Assembly (NCBI RefSeq): GCF_964355755.1
Contig: NC_092672.1
Location: forward strand, 2,356,001 to 2,420,000
Reading direction: 5' to 3'
DNA length: 64,000 bases
Source: Antedon mediterranea
Taxonomy: Eukaryota > Animalia > Echinodermata
This document shows, one piece after another, positions 14,701 to 28,310 of this stretch. Made by a program: the position numbers and the translations under genes. Positions within the stretch are counted from its first letter, which is position 1; each line of letters starts with the position of its first letter. The notes under the pieces were generated by a model that was given only the letters and a program-made list of their open reading frames with translations, was not told the DNA's origin and searched no databases.

Positions 14701-15477
14701 GCAACAGCTGGTTATTATTTAAAGCAATGGCTCACAAAACATTTCCCATTAAGAATGAGTAGTAGAATTCGGAAGTTTTTTTTCGGCATTAAGATTACAT
14801 ATAAGGAAAGATTTATTGCGAACATTTTAGACATTCAACATGACTCTTATGGACGTGTTGGTGTTAGGATTTGCAATCTATCAGCTGACGTCATCAATCA
14901 CTTGGGTACAGAATGTTCTCTCAAACAAGTTCAATTAGCATTACGTACTATCGATATCTTTGGTAATAACTTTCACAACATTGATGTTAATTCATTGTCT
15001 TCATTACTCATTATGTGTCCTAAGCTGACGACGCTTTACATGATGAATTGCAATCTATCAGCTGATGTCATCAATCACTTGGGTACAGACTGTTCTCTCA
15101 AACAAGTTCAATTAGCATTAGAACATCTCGATATCTCTTTTAATAACCTTCACAACATTGATGTTAATTCATTGTCTTCATTACTCATTATGTGTCCTAA
15201 GCTGAGGTACCTTGACATGAGGGATTGCAATCTATCAGGTGACGTCATCAATCACTTTGTTACAGAATGTTCTCTCAAACAAGTTCAATTAGCATTACGT
15301 CATCTCATTATCTCTGATAATAACCTTCACAACCTTGATGTTAATTCATTGTCTTCATTACTCATTATGTGTCCTAAGCTGACGTTGCTTGGCATGAGAG
15401 ATTGCAATCTATCAGGTGAAGTAATCAATAACTTGACCGAAGAGTGTTCAAACAGAGGCATCATGTTTTTAAAATAA
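11705..15477 (+). CDS. NLR copy A: tandem DED-NACHT-LRR protein (~887 aa); exons 11705-11714, 11819-12322, 12458-12508, 13379-15477
   Basis: All introns GT-AG, phase 1, frame open. NACHT motifs: Walker A GEGGIGKTT, Walker B LLLDGLDE, ILTSRP, CKNPMLL, FMPPHKLIVE. C-terminal ribonuclease-inhibitor-like LRRs. Exon 2 resembles two death-effector domains. An alternative acceptor exists at 11813. Confidence 0.9.
14872..15420 (+). repeat. 177-bp (59 aa, two LRRs) coding tandem repeat, 3 full units plus a partial
   Basis: TGCAATCTATCAG recurs at 14872, 15049, 15226 and 15403. Confidence 0.95.
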
Positions 15478-18159
15478 TTTTACAATCCTATTATACTGTA
15501 TACAATTTATATATAAATATATATAAACATCACCTTTATAAACTCGCAGAACGTAAGTGTCAATTTGGAAATTCCCGTTAGAATTGCGTCTGTAATCTAA
15601 AAATGTCATGCAATCTATAATAAATTTTTAATCAAATCCGGAATAGATTATTTTAAAATTTATAATTTTGTCTTTTTAAGGAATAATTTCAAAGCAACAT
15701 TTTATTTTCTCAAAAGTGTGTTCCTCTCTCCTCCTCTCCCTTCTTGCGTCGAATACGCGTACTTCATCCATATTCATCATCTTCTTCCTAGACGCGCGCG
15801 TACAATCAAAGAGAGCTAGCTAGCTCTCTGCATATCTCTGCATGCTACATACGCGTGTACAGGATATTATACGTAAAATACTGTATAAGTTAGGCAACAA
15901 TTGTTGCTAAGTGATACTATTTGTATTTAATTACAACATGATACTGTGTGGTAGGAATTGACAATTTATATTCTGTGTGTTTATATTGGTATAATTCAGT
16001 TTTTCTTGGTTTTTCTTTATTTTGTATTTTCTACACATCTTTTTTAACAAATACAGCTCAAATACCAGTTCTTTTCCGATATTCTTGAGATAATATTTGA
16101 TTTGTGGTGAATGTGCAATGTATAAAGTCAGCTTAACTGCAGTCTGCCATAGTCATTCATATGTTTTAGTGATATTGTTTTTACTTAGTTTAACATTTTA
16201 CGTAGTATATTTATTTATAATCTATTTTAAATTTGTTCATATTTTGGGGGAAATACATGTTTAATAACGATGGTGGTATATGGTATTGGCAATTTGATAT
16301 AATTTATGTCTGATATAATAGACGAACATTTTTTATATTTCTTGTTTGTACAATTCTTTTGAAATTGGGCAATTTGTACGATGTATGTATATATATTTAT
16401 GATAATTTAATTAATGTAAGCATGTTGATAATATTAATTAGACTCTAAGTTAATAAATGTGCCAAACTGTGCATGGCAAATTTCATATTGCGTTAACTTT
16501 TACTTGATGATGACAAATAAAAGTAATAATGTTGTAATTATACGTTGTTTATCTTTTCTCAGCTTTTTTATGATTGAAAATAATTCATGTGATCAGAGGC
16601 AGATCCAGGGTCACATGATCTACCCTCTCGACACCCTTTATTTTCACCGTCTAAACACACCTTAATAATTATGGTCGCCCAGTCAAGATCTTGGACCCCC
16701 CCCCCCCCCCCCAAAGGGATATGCTCTCCTCAGGCTCTCAAATCTATTATTAGCGTAATTGTTCATAAATTCTGGATCTGCGCCTGGTGATACAGTATGT
16801 ATGTAGCCTAGGCCTACAGTATTTATCTGCGCCTGGTGATACAGTATGTTGGAATACAGTATTTATCACAAATAAATCTGAGACAATCATTTGCAGTGGC
16901 GGATCCAGGATTTTGAAAAAGGGGCCCAGGGCCTAAAGATAAAGTTTTCAATGGATCTAGTTAAAAAAATCGTTGTCGTTTTAACATCAAATTACCCTAT
17001 CACAAATTAAATACGGTCGGTACATTTTCACAGAACACTTATTTTTATTGACGTTATATCACGATTCGCCAATTTGATGATGGACAATAACCAATGAATG
17101 TTTGATACTGAGAGCAAATCGATTTTATAAATTAATAAAATAATAAATATTTCCAAACAATATTCAAAACAGCATTACTGTACTGGTACTAAGATTACCA
17201 TAAAGACGCCAACAGAAAAACAATATACATATTAAAGCTAGCTACCTTCATTTTGTTTACACATCGAATTTGAATATTACAAGAATAAAACATGATTATA
17301 TAAATATGAAGACAATAGTGATAGTGATGAAGAAGCTGTTTAGATTATACAGGTCACGACGAGATACTGATAGTGGTGATCACAACCACGTATATTGTGT
17401 ACAATGCCAGCTACCTACTTGAATATTACAAGATTAAAACATGATTATAATTAAATAATGAATACGATAGTTATGAAGACTGTTGAAGTTACTGAACGAT
17501 GATCAACGACGTATATTTTGTACAGCAATGATGATGCAATGCTACTAGATACATTTGATAACACTGTAAGTATTTTAAACAAATAAAAGGAAAAAATGCA
17601 AAAATATAAACATTATTATCCTGTTTGTATTTACAAATTATTAAACAACAGTATAAACTTAATAAACCGTACGCTAAGTCTTCTAAATCAGCATTGAAAT
17701 TATAAATAATTACAAAGTTTGTTTGCTCATGCAGGTATCAACAAAGCAATACCATGCAGGGGAAAATTTCATTTTTAAATTTTGTTTAGCAATATTGCTA
17801 ATCAAACTGATTTTTTGAGTCGAGAAACATAGTTTTGTATTGTATTTTTTGCTACACAAATTTAAAAATCTGTAGCAAAAAGATTGTTTTGTATAGCTTT
17901 TTGCTATGCTACACTGGCGAAATTATTCCCTGCCATGTATTTCCAATACCACCTTCATAATACCATGTTGTAATATACGTTTACCACGAAGTGCTAATTA
18001 TAATATTAGAAAAACTCTAAAAGACTCAAAATCTATCCACCACCTAATCAAACTGGAAGTTAAAAAAGAAATTTTATTTTTTAATAATTGCACAAATAAA
18101 GGAATGCGTTGCACTGAATGTTTCTTAATGAATAAATTGTATGTAACGCAATAAGTTAT

Positions 18160-18480
18160 CCGTGTGCTTGCCATGAATGGTTGCAATCTATCAGGTGACA
18201 TATAATCTATCACACGCGCAAAGAGTGTTCAAAGAGAAATGATTTTACAATAATATTGCATGTATATATAATTCTATATAAACAGCATATTTTTTTAACT
18301 CGCAGCACGTAAGTGTAAATTTGAAAATTCTTGTTAGAATTGCATCTGTAATCTATAAACTGCATGCTTTAAATAATAGATATTCAAACAAATTGGGTAG
18401 ACCTACAGTATAATTAATAGTAATATAATTAATATCATAATTTTTTAAGCAAAATGTTACTTTCTCAAAAGTGTGTTCCT
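18160..18480 (+). pseudogene. Remnant 3' end (last LRR plus 3' UTR) of another NLR copy
   Basis: cttgccatgaatggttgcaatctatcaggtgac...gagtgttcaaa...aactcgcagcacgtaagtgt...ctcaaaagtgtgttcct aligns with 15387-15725, with stops. Confidence 0.75.
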
Positions 18481-19732
18481 ACCTATAGCCTACAACTGAT
18501 ATTGTTGCTGAACATTCTGCAGAGGCTCAGAGCACTCACAGTTTGAATACAGATAGTGTTTGTTGTATTTAGGTTGCAAAAAGTTGGTGGACCTAAAAAC
18601 TGATTCTTCTAATCCATACTCTTTAATATTAAACAGATACAATTATGATTGCCTGTACAAAACATCTTTAGCACTTTATTATTAGTTTGGTTAAATAGTA
18701 TAATATTTTAATATAGTAAAATTTGATTATTTCAATACATACATAATTTATTTTTTATGATTTTGTCTTTACATTATTCTTTTAACATTTAAACATTAAT
18801 TACAGGGAATTGTACAAAGCAGCAAGGATATTTCTCCATTTAACAACCACATTGGATTCGATGACATGACTGTGTAATGCATCACATTAAAGTCACATGA
18901 TCAAGTTTGTTAGTAATGTCGTAGCAAGGTCATTGACCTTACAAGCGGTAAACTTGGAAACATGAGATTTAGTAAATATGCACACACAGCGCATGGACTT
19001 ACTTTTCATTACTAGCCAATTGGGCAAGTTACATGTTTGGCCATATACCATTTTACTTGCAGAAACCAAACACAATTCATTACACTCTTTAATACAAATG
19101 TTGTCTAAGTGCAGATCTTGTGTTTTAAATGAGAAGAACAATAAATATTTCATATCACAATTTGCACAGATATTTGAATAATATTAGCAAGACAATTGAT
19201 TTCATTTTAGAAGCTAACTCCTCCACGTTCACGGGAAAATCCAATTCGGCTTTGGTTGAACACCGTCGAACTAAGGCCAATATGAATAGTGAAGCGTAAC
19301 GGTGCTTCCTGAACGTTTAGGTTCGAATCTCCAGTTGCTGTTTTGATTGCCTGAACAATTGCATTTTGGAATGCATCAACCTTAAAAGAAAATGAAGAAA
19401 GACAGGCATTACTTATAAAGATCTCGGCTGCAGTAGTACCATGGTAGTACATAAGACACTTAGTGAAGTTTCTATGTATTGTTTTTATTGGATTTCAAGG
19501 GTGGAAGGTGAGCCTAGCTGATAATAAAAATGAAGAAAGACAGGTATTAGTTAAAGACCTCGGCTGCAGTAGTACATATAGACACTTAGTGAAGTTTCTA
19601 TGTAATATCTTTGATGCTGTAATTCATAGTAATTCATTATTGGCACCACCTGCAGCTGAAATAGTTTCCCAATCTCTTACAGTTAGTCACATTCAGTCTA
19701 GTGAATTAGTTCTTGTCAAAAAACATTCATCT

Positions 19733-19884
19733 AAAGCTCTGTCTACACTATCAAAATAGTTTGACAAAAAAAAGGTATGGTAGTGATATGCCCAAATATG
19801 GTAGTGATATGACATCATCATGTCCATATATGGGCGCATCACGTTTTTTTGTCACATAAAGTTTGATAGTGTAGACAATGCTTT
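19733..19884. mobile_element. Short MITE (AAAGCTCTGTCTACACTATCAAA TIR family)
   Basis: TIR aaagctctgtctacactatcaaa / tttgatagtgtagac; internal ccaaatatggtagtgat repeats; further copies at 20322-20497 and 27069-27195. Confidence 0.7.
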
Positions 19885-20321
19885 GCTAAGGCTAATAAAA
19901 CAATATAATATATAAAATAATGTGATTTTATTGTAAATTTCAGACAATAAAATAATATTAATTATGTATAGAGAAACAGAGAAAACAAATATAAAAAAAA
20001 GGAAATGAAAATATATTAAATTGTACTGTTATTCATAAAATGAAATTGATGAGATTCAACAAAAGTGGCGTTTTTTTTTTCAAGCCACAACAAGAAAAAC
20101 CCCTTTTTTCTAGGCCTTACCTGGTATGTCTTGGCATCTCTTGCTGTGTGTTGCAGGGGTGCGAAGTGAATAACGCCCATTCCATCTCTTGGCCTGTAAT
20201 CATATATTTATATTTATTTAAAAAATACTCCTGAAGAAGCAGTATGTACGTTGATTTAAAAGGTACATAATATTATAATAATGTTAACAAGGTAATAATC
20301 TACACATATGAAATACTCTCT

Positions 20322-20497
20322 AAAGCTCTGTCTACACTATCAAACTAGTGTGATGTGCCCAAATATGGTAGTGATGTGCCCAAATATGGTAGTGATGTGG
20401 CCAAATATGGTAGTGATATGACATCATCATTAGTATCCATATTTTATATGGGCACATCACATTATTTTGTCACATTAAGTTTGATAGATAGAGCTTT
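20322..20497. mobile_element. Second copy of the same MITE
   Basis: aaagctctgtctacactatcaaact ... agtttgatagatagagcttt, with 21-bp internal repeats. Confidence 0.7.
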
Positions 20498-20813
20498 AAT
20501 CATTATAATAAAACTAAGGGAACAAATAGTCATATTTTATTTACAGTAGCATCCTTTCTTTGGGACACTCCTTCAGGGGACATGAAAAAGGATGAAGACA
20601 CTTTGTTGGCTCCTTAAGGTGTCGACTGTACTATGAACGTTTCCTTTATTTTTATTCAATAACCAGTTAAGCTTGGTTCCCACAAGTGACAGTTTGGATT
20701 ATTCACTGCATCATCAAATATCTTGTGGTGTGCTAACGTCCTTGCATTGCTTCCATGTGGGATTAAGCTATAAACAAAATGTTTTTGTAATTTTTCTTGT
20801 ATGGCCTTCTTAC

Positions 20814-23800
20814 CTTCTCATGTAGCACCATCATGTCTGTGACAGGTGAGGCACAAGTGTTAGGGCTGCCACTAAGATTTGTCTGCTGCGATGTGAGAAC
20901 GGTCCGATGAACTCACCCAACCAGTGGTCACTGGTTTTAAATAGGAAAAAAAAATGTATTAAAAAAAGTTATCTAATAAGTTAGGATATATTATGGTACT
21001 GTAGTTTGGTGCTTTCCATACATAGCTTGACAGTCAGGTTCAATTCCAACATTACTCAATAAGTTTAATGAGTGTAACCTTAATAAAAATATAAAACTAA
21101 TCTTTTGCAGTTCAATTTCAAGGTTTCCTTAAAAGCTAGGGGTAGAACTACTGTAGCAAATATTTAGTTAACAATTTCAACAAACCAATACTTACCTCTT
21201 CTAGGTGGAAGGGGACTATTTGTAGGGCTAGCCTGTGTCACTGAGCTAACACTCCCTGCACTACCGCGTCGACTGCCTTCACTCGAAGGTCTAGGCCTTG
21301 GTGGACGTGGGGTCATGTTAACAGTAATAGGTTTACTAGATGGCTGCCATGGTGTGGACGACCAAGCCGATGATGTCACAGAAGGCGCGGCTGGTACGGA
21401 ATACGGAACAGTGATCGCAGGTAATTGAGAAGTCGTCCTCGGGTCAACACTGTTGTATGAACTTAAATGCGGGAAGGACTCTTGCGCTGATATTGGTATC
21501 TCATGGTTTATTGTCGTCAACGGTGAATTCCAAGCAGCACGCTGCTGAACGGGAGGGTACGTCACCTGTGGAGCGTTCTCGACGTCAAGTTGGTAAAGGT
21601 ATACCACAATATCCAAACCGAATAACGTCTCCCGGGGGGTGAACGTACAGCAGCATTCTGGACGCGGCATTCGTTGACGTACGTACCATGTGCGGTATTG
21701 AGATCTTGAAGGACGTAGCACATCTCTTGTTCACTGTACTCGATGAGCGCATGCTGAGCTTCTATTGCAGGTGACTAGAAAAAAACATTGGTAAATTGTT
21801 TCAAATACAATTTGAAAAGGGAAAGCATTTATAACATCCAGGAAACAAAATAGGATGTTAGAATTGCATAGGTGAACTCCTAACAGAAAATAAACTAATT
21901 TTTCACTTTTTAAAAATAAATCGGCCTTACTCGAAGGCATCTCGTTTTATAATCTGTGCAGTAGTATGTGAAATATACCCCTGGCCTATCTAAAAATATA
22001 CTTTATTAGTTCTCAATACAGTACTTTAATTTTAAAAATACTTATCAATAAAATATACTTATCAATAAACGTCAACATTTATTCAGAAGTTTTGAATAAA
22101 GACTTGAAAACACTTCAATATAATATTTCAATGTCTTTAAATTATTTGTATAGTACCGGTAATAATTCTACTATGGTTATATTATATTGTCAATTTTACT
22201 ACTATAAATGTTTATTTCAGATTTTTTTTTACTTTGTTAATAATATTACTGTACTGAATGACAAAACACAAAAACATTTGTGTGGTTAGTGTGTGTGGCA
22301 AATTAAAATTTAAGAATCAAATTCCTAATGCGTACAATTATTTTGTCTGCATCAAGTCAAATGAATATTTGAGGTAATACAGACAGTATTACTGTTTGCT
22401 GCTATGGTAACCATATGCAACAAATCCCTGGTAAATGAAGCAAATAAAATGATGTCATATTTAATATTAGATAACACTTGAATGGTTGAATACAATGGAG
22501 CAGAGAGATAAAGGTTAGACTTAATGGGTGACCTTCAACCAACCAAAGAAGAAGCATCATGAAAAATCAATATTTACTGTCTGTCATTCTGTCAAAGGAT
22601 TTACGGTAAATTCAAATATTTGTTTTGTAACTGTTTAGTGAAAGTCTGCTTTTCAAAAATCAAAATGTTTGTTTTGTTTAATTATATCCAATCATAATGC
22701 AGGATGAACATGCTCAATGTCAGGGGTCAGCATTCTGTGTCTATTGGCTACTAGTACTAGAGTCACAGCTCCTTTCAATTTAACTGGTATTAAACTGATT
22801 CATCAAAACAATAAATGTAAAACATATGTATTGTCCCCCAAAAACATAAAAATTTAAGATTAATTAAATCAAACTTTGATGTTATTTTGTAATTTTAATC
22901 AAGTTAATCACTTCCATAGAAAAAAAAAACGGAAAAAAATAATGTTTTCACTTATAAAATGACAAAATAAATGGTTCAATTCAACCAAAAACCCATTGGC
23001 TGGCACTGGCAGCCAATTTGACCATTTTTTGCTTTATAAATTCCAGGTAAATACCATTTTTTTTAATCCAATTTTTGGTCAAAGTGGATAACTATTATGT
23101 TACATTAAAATGGCTTATTCAGCAAAAATTTAGTTAAGAATTATTCTTTTCAGGGGGACAATAATACAATACAATACATCTTTAATAAATTAGAAGTATT
23201 ACAAACAAAGTGAATTTTTTTCATGAAACCCAATAAATATTAATATCAATTTAATAAACTGTTTCATAATGCAGTATTAATCCCACCTCTATACGTGTTT
23301 TAATAGAAAACGGAAAATGGTGATTTTGAAAACAATTTTAAAAATACTACAATTTTTTTTTACATTTTTGTGGGAAAGAGGTTGGTTTAGGGTGAAACAA
23401 AAAACAATTGGCAAATTGCGCAACATTAAAAAAAAAAATCATGCTTTTTATTGTACAGTAGCAAACTAGTTGTTTGCTATTTAATAGCAATGTAGTTGAG
23501 TTAGGTAATTCACCGGTGCTAACAGATTACTGTAGATGTTACAATGCAATACTTTCTTACAATGTCATAATAAAAGGTATTTTTGCTAGAAATCTCGAAA
23601 AGTTATATTTTAATGGTTTGTTTACAACATTGTATTATGAAGTGAGTGCAAAAGCTTTTTCTCACTCCAGGTTATTATTTTTTGGTGACCAAATAAATAT
23701 TTTAATAATAAGTTTTTTTTTCTCCAAAAATTAATTTCTATTGAAATGATTTGTGACCTACAGGAATGACAATGTCACACTTTTCTCGTCCGATCACAGT

Positions 23801-23857
23801 AACTGTTGGTGACAATGGTAGTCCACCCTCAGTGCTCTTCAAGAACCCCTTGACCAT
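20814..23857 (-). pseudogene. FHAD1: FHAD1-like 5' fragment (FHA domain) with frameshifts; exons 23857-23762, 21774-21196, 20930-20814
   Basis: Spliced translation MVKGFLKSTEGGLPLSPTVTVIGREKCDIVIP|SPAIEAQHALIEYSEQEMCYVLQDLNTAHGTYVNECRVQNAAVR..PGDVIRFGY..YQLDVEN matches the FHAD1 N-terminus as recalled. Two +1 shifts near 21635 (G6 run) and 21596, probably one more in the third exon; the long coiled-coil part is not seen. Confidence 0.75.
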
Positions 23858-24057
23858 TGTTTATAATGTTCCCTGGAAATAAAGAAAATACTAAATATAT
23901 AACAATTCACTAGTAAAATGTTTTTATACAGTATATTAAATAGGCTTTATTTTCTAAAAAGAAGACATATTTTATGTGTGCAATAATAAGAATAGATGTA
24001 TGACACTATTCCATGAATCTGTAATTTTATCTGTTCTTAATTTGGGCCTTTTTTAAA

Positions 24058-25139
24058 GGGTGTCACGAAACCTCAGACCACGAAAGCTCAGACCCCCTAA
24101 GACCTAAGATCACGAAAGCTAAGACCCAAACACCTAAGATTACAAATACTAAGATATACTACAGCTTAAAAACAATACTTGTTTATCCATACATAATTTT
24201 AAACACAGTAGGTTTCATTTATTACCATAAATATAATTTAATACTACCGCAAAACATAGATAAACTCACATTATTTTCGCCCGTTGTGAGTAAATGTATA
24301 TTTTTTCTTTACAACAAACAAACTTGACGGGTTGTTTGTTGGTATATATTTACTCCATTGTGTTGGTTCAGAGGATGTTTTTCTTACGCACCTGCCTTTC
24401 TTGTATTTTGACTCCAAATTTGTTGACTAACTTTATCCTGAACACCACACTTTAAAATTAGGACTTATAAGTACTTTCAGAAGGAGAAACACATAATAAC
24501 AAATAAATAAATCCTTTAAATTGATGATTTTACAGATGTGTTTCTTTGTATACTGTAATGTAACTCCTCGAGCTCCCATGCTCAATGTTTTTGTTTCTAT
24601 GGAGCGCCAAAAGAGCAACAATAATAGTACAAGTATAAAAACAGAAAGAAAACGAAACAAAAAAACTTATCAAGATTTTTTAATTAAAATTTATTTGCCA
24701 GTATTTATTTCTTTGTACTTGCATGATTATACTATTATCATTACAATTTTAATTTTACATTGTTCCATCCACACTGTAGATGGACTCCACAGAGTTTTCA
24801 GCCCTCTATATAATTTTTGCTCTTTTTACGTTCCATAGAAACAAAAACATTGAACATGGCCCATGGGGTAGGCCTACTGTACTGTAGGCTAGTCATTTTG
24901 TGTGCGAGAAAAACGTCTGTAAAATCATCAATTTAAAAATGTATTTGTTACTTTTTATGTGATTCTTTTTCATGAAAGTGCCAATTCTAAGGTGTGGTAT
25001 TCAGAATAAATGTTAGGAGTTAAAATACAAGGCAGGTGCGAAAGATAAATATTTGTAATCTTAGGTGTTGGGTCTTAGCTTTCGTGATCTTAGGTCTTAG
25101 GGGGTCTGAGCTTTCGTGGTCTGAGGTTTCGTGACACCC
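24058..25139. mobile_element. Non-autonomous Mutator-like element
   Basis: About 85-bp TIRs GGGTGTCACGAAACCTCAGACCACGAAAGCT...; 9-10 bp TSD (C)TTTTTTAAA at 24048-24057 and 25140-25149. Confidence 0.8.
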
Positions 25140-25612
25140 CTTTTTTAAAAGTATTGATTGAGCTCTAGCTAGTAAATAAAGGCCTAACTAAAAAGGCTTT
25201 AAATGTCAGGTTCCCGGAAATTGCAATGTAATTAATTTTTTATAATTTTAAAAATTACTCTAGGAAGGACTACTACAGTACTTTAACTAATCCATGTCAC
25301 CAGCTAATATCACTTGTCAGGATGAAGAAAAATCAGCGGCAGCTTTATCAAATTATTTACTTTTTATTGTAGTAAGTATAGGCCTAGGCTAGGTCCTAGC
25401 CTAGCTGGGCGAGCAGCATATCAATTTCTAAAAAATAAAGGCTGTCATTTGTCGATTTCTCAAGCTATCCCCAACCCTCGACTCAAGAATCTTATTGTTT
25501 TGTGGCCCATTTGCGGAACGTCACTCTAGGCTAGGCCTAGGCTAGGTCTAGCCTAGTCCCGTACGTAGGCAATTACTTTTATTTTTAGGCCTATATAGGG
25601 CCCGGGTAGGCC

Positions 25613-28260
25613 TGTCACGCCAAAATTGATCCGGCCAAAATCGGTCCGGCCGGATCAGTTTTGGCCACCAAAACTGATCCGGTCGGATCGATTTTGGCGC
25701 TGAACAGCCGCTAAAACAAGTCCGGCTAGGCCAAAACTGGTCCGGCCTTTAAAATCGCTTATTTATTCTTTAAAATGTGTTAAGAAGCCTGCAAACAGTT
25801 CAAATGGTTAAAGTAAACTAAGCTTAAAGTAAATATACTAAATATTACCGTACAAACGAAAAGAAATTATCGAAACACTAATTAAAGAAACTCTAATCGG
25901 ATTTTGGGATATTCTATTGTTCAGTTCGTTTAAAACTAATAGCGCCCTCTAGTAACGCAACGAATCCTTCCATAACACAATCTTTTACTTTTCGCTCAAA
26001 TGTATTGAATGTATTTTTATAACCTAGTGTTTATATACTTTTTAATGTAATAATATTTTATAAATGGTTGCATTTGATTGTGTATTAAGATAAGTTCATA
26101 TTTATTTTATTTTGTTGCACATCTCTTGAGAATTGTGCCTCTGTTATATAAAGAGAAACAATAAAATTATTATTAGTATTAGTAATTTTATATTATGTCT
26201 AAGAAGATCTTAGATATTATGTACAAACTGAATACGTCTTGGGCGCATTTAATAATGATTAATAATAAAATATAAAACGTTAATTATTATTAGTATAATT
26301 ATTTTAGGTTGTTGTCATTACTGCTATCAGTATTTTTTTTTTCCTTTGTAAGAAATTACACCTGCCTTATTTTTTTCCAGTCCACATTTTGGGACGCAAG
26401 TGGCCACCAAGGGCCTCTTATTATTAATAGTATAAAACAACAACGATAATAACAATCGATATGGGTAGCAATACTAAGATCAAAAATCGACAAACGACAC
26501 CACAGTGGAACGACCGGTTCCCACATTCACGAATTTGGCTATACGACGAATGATGAACACGAGTTTCGTAATAGTCTTAGCGAAAAAAAGAGGGTAAAAC
26601 AATTATAGTACAGATATTTTTTTTATCACCCCAAATTAGACATTTTACACAAATTCTTATTTGAGTCCATTCAGACTTTAAATCTATACGAGCATGTTAA
26701 AAATGAGAGAATGCGCAAATTAATTATTAATTTAAATTTAAAATGGTAAGCTTTTTAAAAATTAAAATAAATCTTCGGAAATTTCGTCGACCCAATAGAT
26801 ATAATAAATTATTATTAGGCCCTACTTTTTAACCAATTCAGTACGCATTTCTAGCTATTTTGAAATGCTAAACAAATTAATAGATAAGGAAAATAATTTA
26901 TCTGTTTTTATTGTTAAATGTGTCTAATACTGTATCCTGACTTTACTATACACAAGAAATTGTAATTTTATATATTTTATTCAAACTGTCTTGTTTGTTT
27001 TACTTTTGAAATTAGTTAACTCAATTGTTTGGGACACAGCACCATTATTCCGTTTAAGATACATTTGTAAAGCTCTGTCTATACTATCAAACTTATGTGA
27101 CAAAAAATGTGATGTGCCCATATTATATATGGACACGATGATATCATGTCACTATCATATTTGGGCATAGCACTACCATATTTGGACACATCACATATAC
27201 GCGCGCGTACCGATTATAAAGACTGGATCTGCTGCTTGTGTAAAGGGTCTTTCACACCTGTTCCGGTGCCGGAAAATCCAATCACGTTGTTGGGAGATAC
27301 ATTTATACTATTATATCTTTATTATCACTTTACTATACTATATTATGTATAATATATTATGTTGGTTGTAGTTCAGTAACCAGGTTGTTAGTAATTGTAC
27401 CTAGGAGACTGCTCATAACTCAAGTTGTCAGAGACACTTCTGATATTCCATATAAGGAAATTGTTACAAAAACTTCATACTAAGATGATGATGTCATTTG
27501 AATTTCATCTTAAAAAATAATACTGTATTCAAATTATGATTTGACAAAAGGCTAATACTGTAGAACGAACGATAGACATCACACTCTGAAAATTTTTCTT
27601 GATTGTTAACCCGTTATAATAGTATAATTCTGTTAGATTTGGTTGTATTAGTGTCAATTCTATATTTAAATGGTCAACAACCGGTAACCTGTTTCTTAAT
27701 TAAAATTTTATGTTTTCTTTTGTTAACAGAATTAACATTAACAAGAGTGTTTAAATTTTTGTGAGAAAAGAAAATATTGCTGTCATCTGCAAATAAGATA
27801 AATTGGAAAATGAGGAAATATGTGAGAATATATAATCAAACCTTATTTAATCAATTCAAAATATATAAATACAACAATGAATGAAAAGTCCTTTTTTTAC
27901 TACGCTAAACACCCCCCCCCCCCCTTCCCCCAAAGAAAAAAATCAGAGGGCGCTATTACTTTATCCTACGATTTTTACAATGGAATAATGGAAGATTCCG
28001 AACCGAAACGCCGATTTATCCTTGCACATTTTAAATCACTCAGTTTCGATAATTTCTTTTCGATTTTACGGTAATATTTAGTATATTTACATCAACCATT
28101 TGGACTTTTTCCAGGCTTCTTATGACATTTTTAAGGATAAATAAGCGATTTTGAAGGCCGGACCCGTTTTGGCCTAGCCGGACCTGTTTTAGCGGTTGTT
28201 TCAACGCCAAAATCGATCCGGCCGGATCAGTTTTGGCCCCGGACCAATTTTCGCGTTACA
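25613..28260. mobile_element. Non-autonomous Ginger-like element (TGT...ACA, 4-bp TSD GGCC)
   Basis: Termini TGTCACGCCAAAATTGATCCGG / CCGGACCAATTTTCGCGTTACA, ~250-bp imperfect TIRs with internal repeats; GGCC at 25609-25612 and 28261-28264. Confidence 0.75.
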
Positions 28261-28310
28261 GGCCTAGTAGTAGAGGGGTATGCTTAGCTAGGTAGGTTCC
28301 CCCACACAGC

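Noticed and set aside
19480-20193. Extra minus-strand exons (20193-20121, ~19513-19472)
   Set aside because: Splice signals are plausible, but the phase does not join the FHAD1-like exons and I recognise no homology.
21164-21721. 185-aa ORF as an independent gene
   Set aside because: Out-of-frame entry into the frameshifted FHAD1-like exon.
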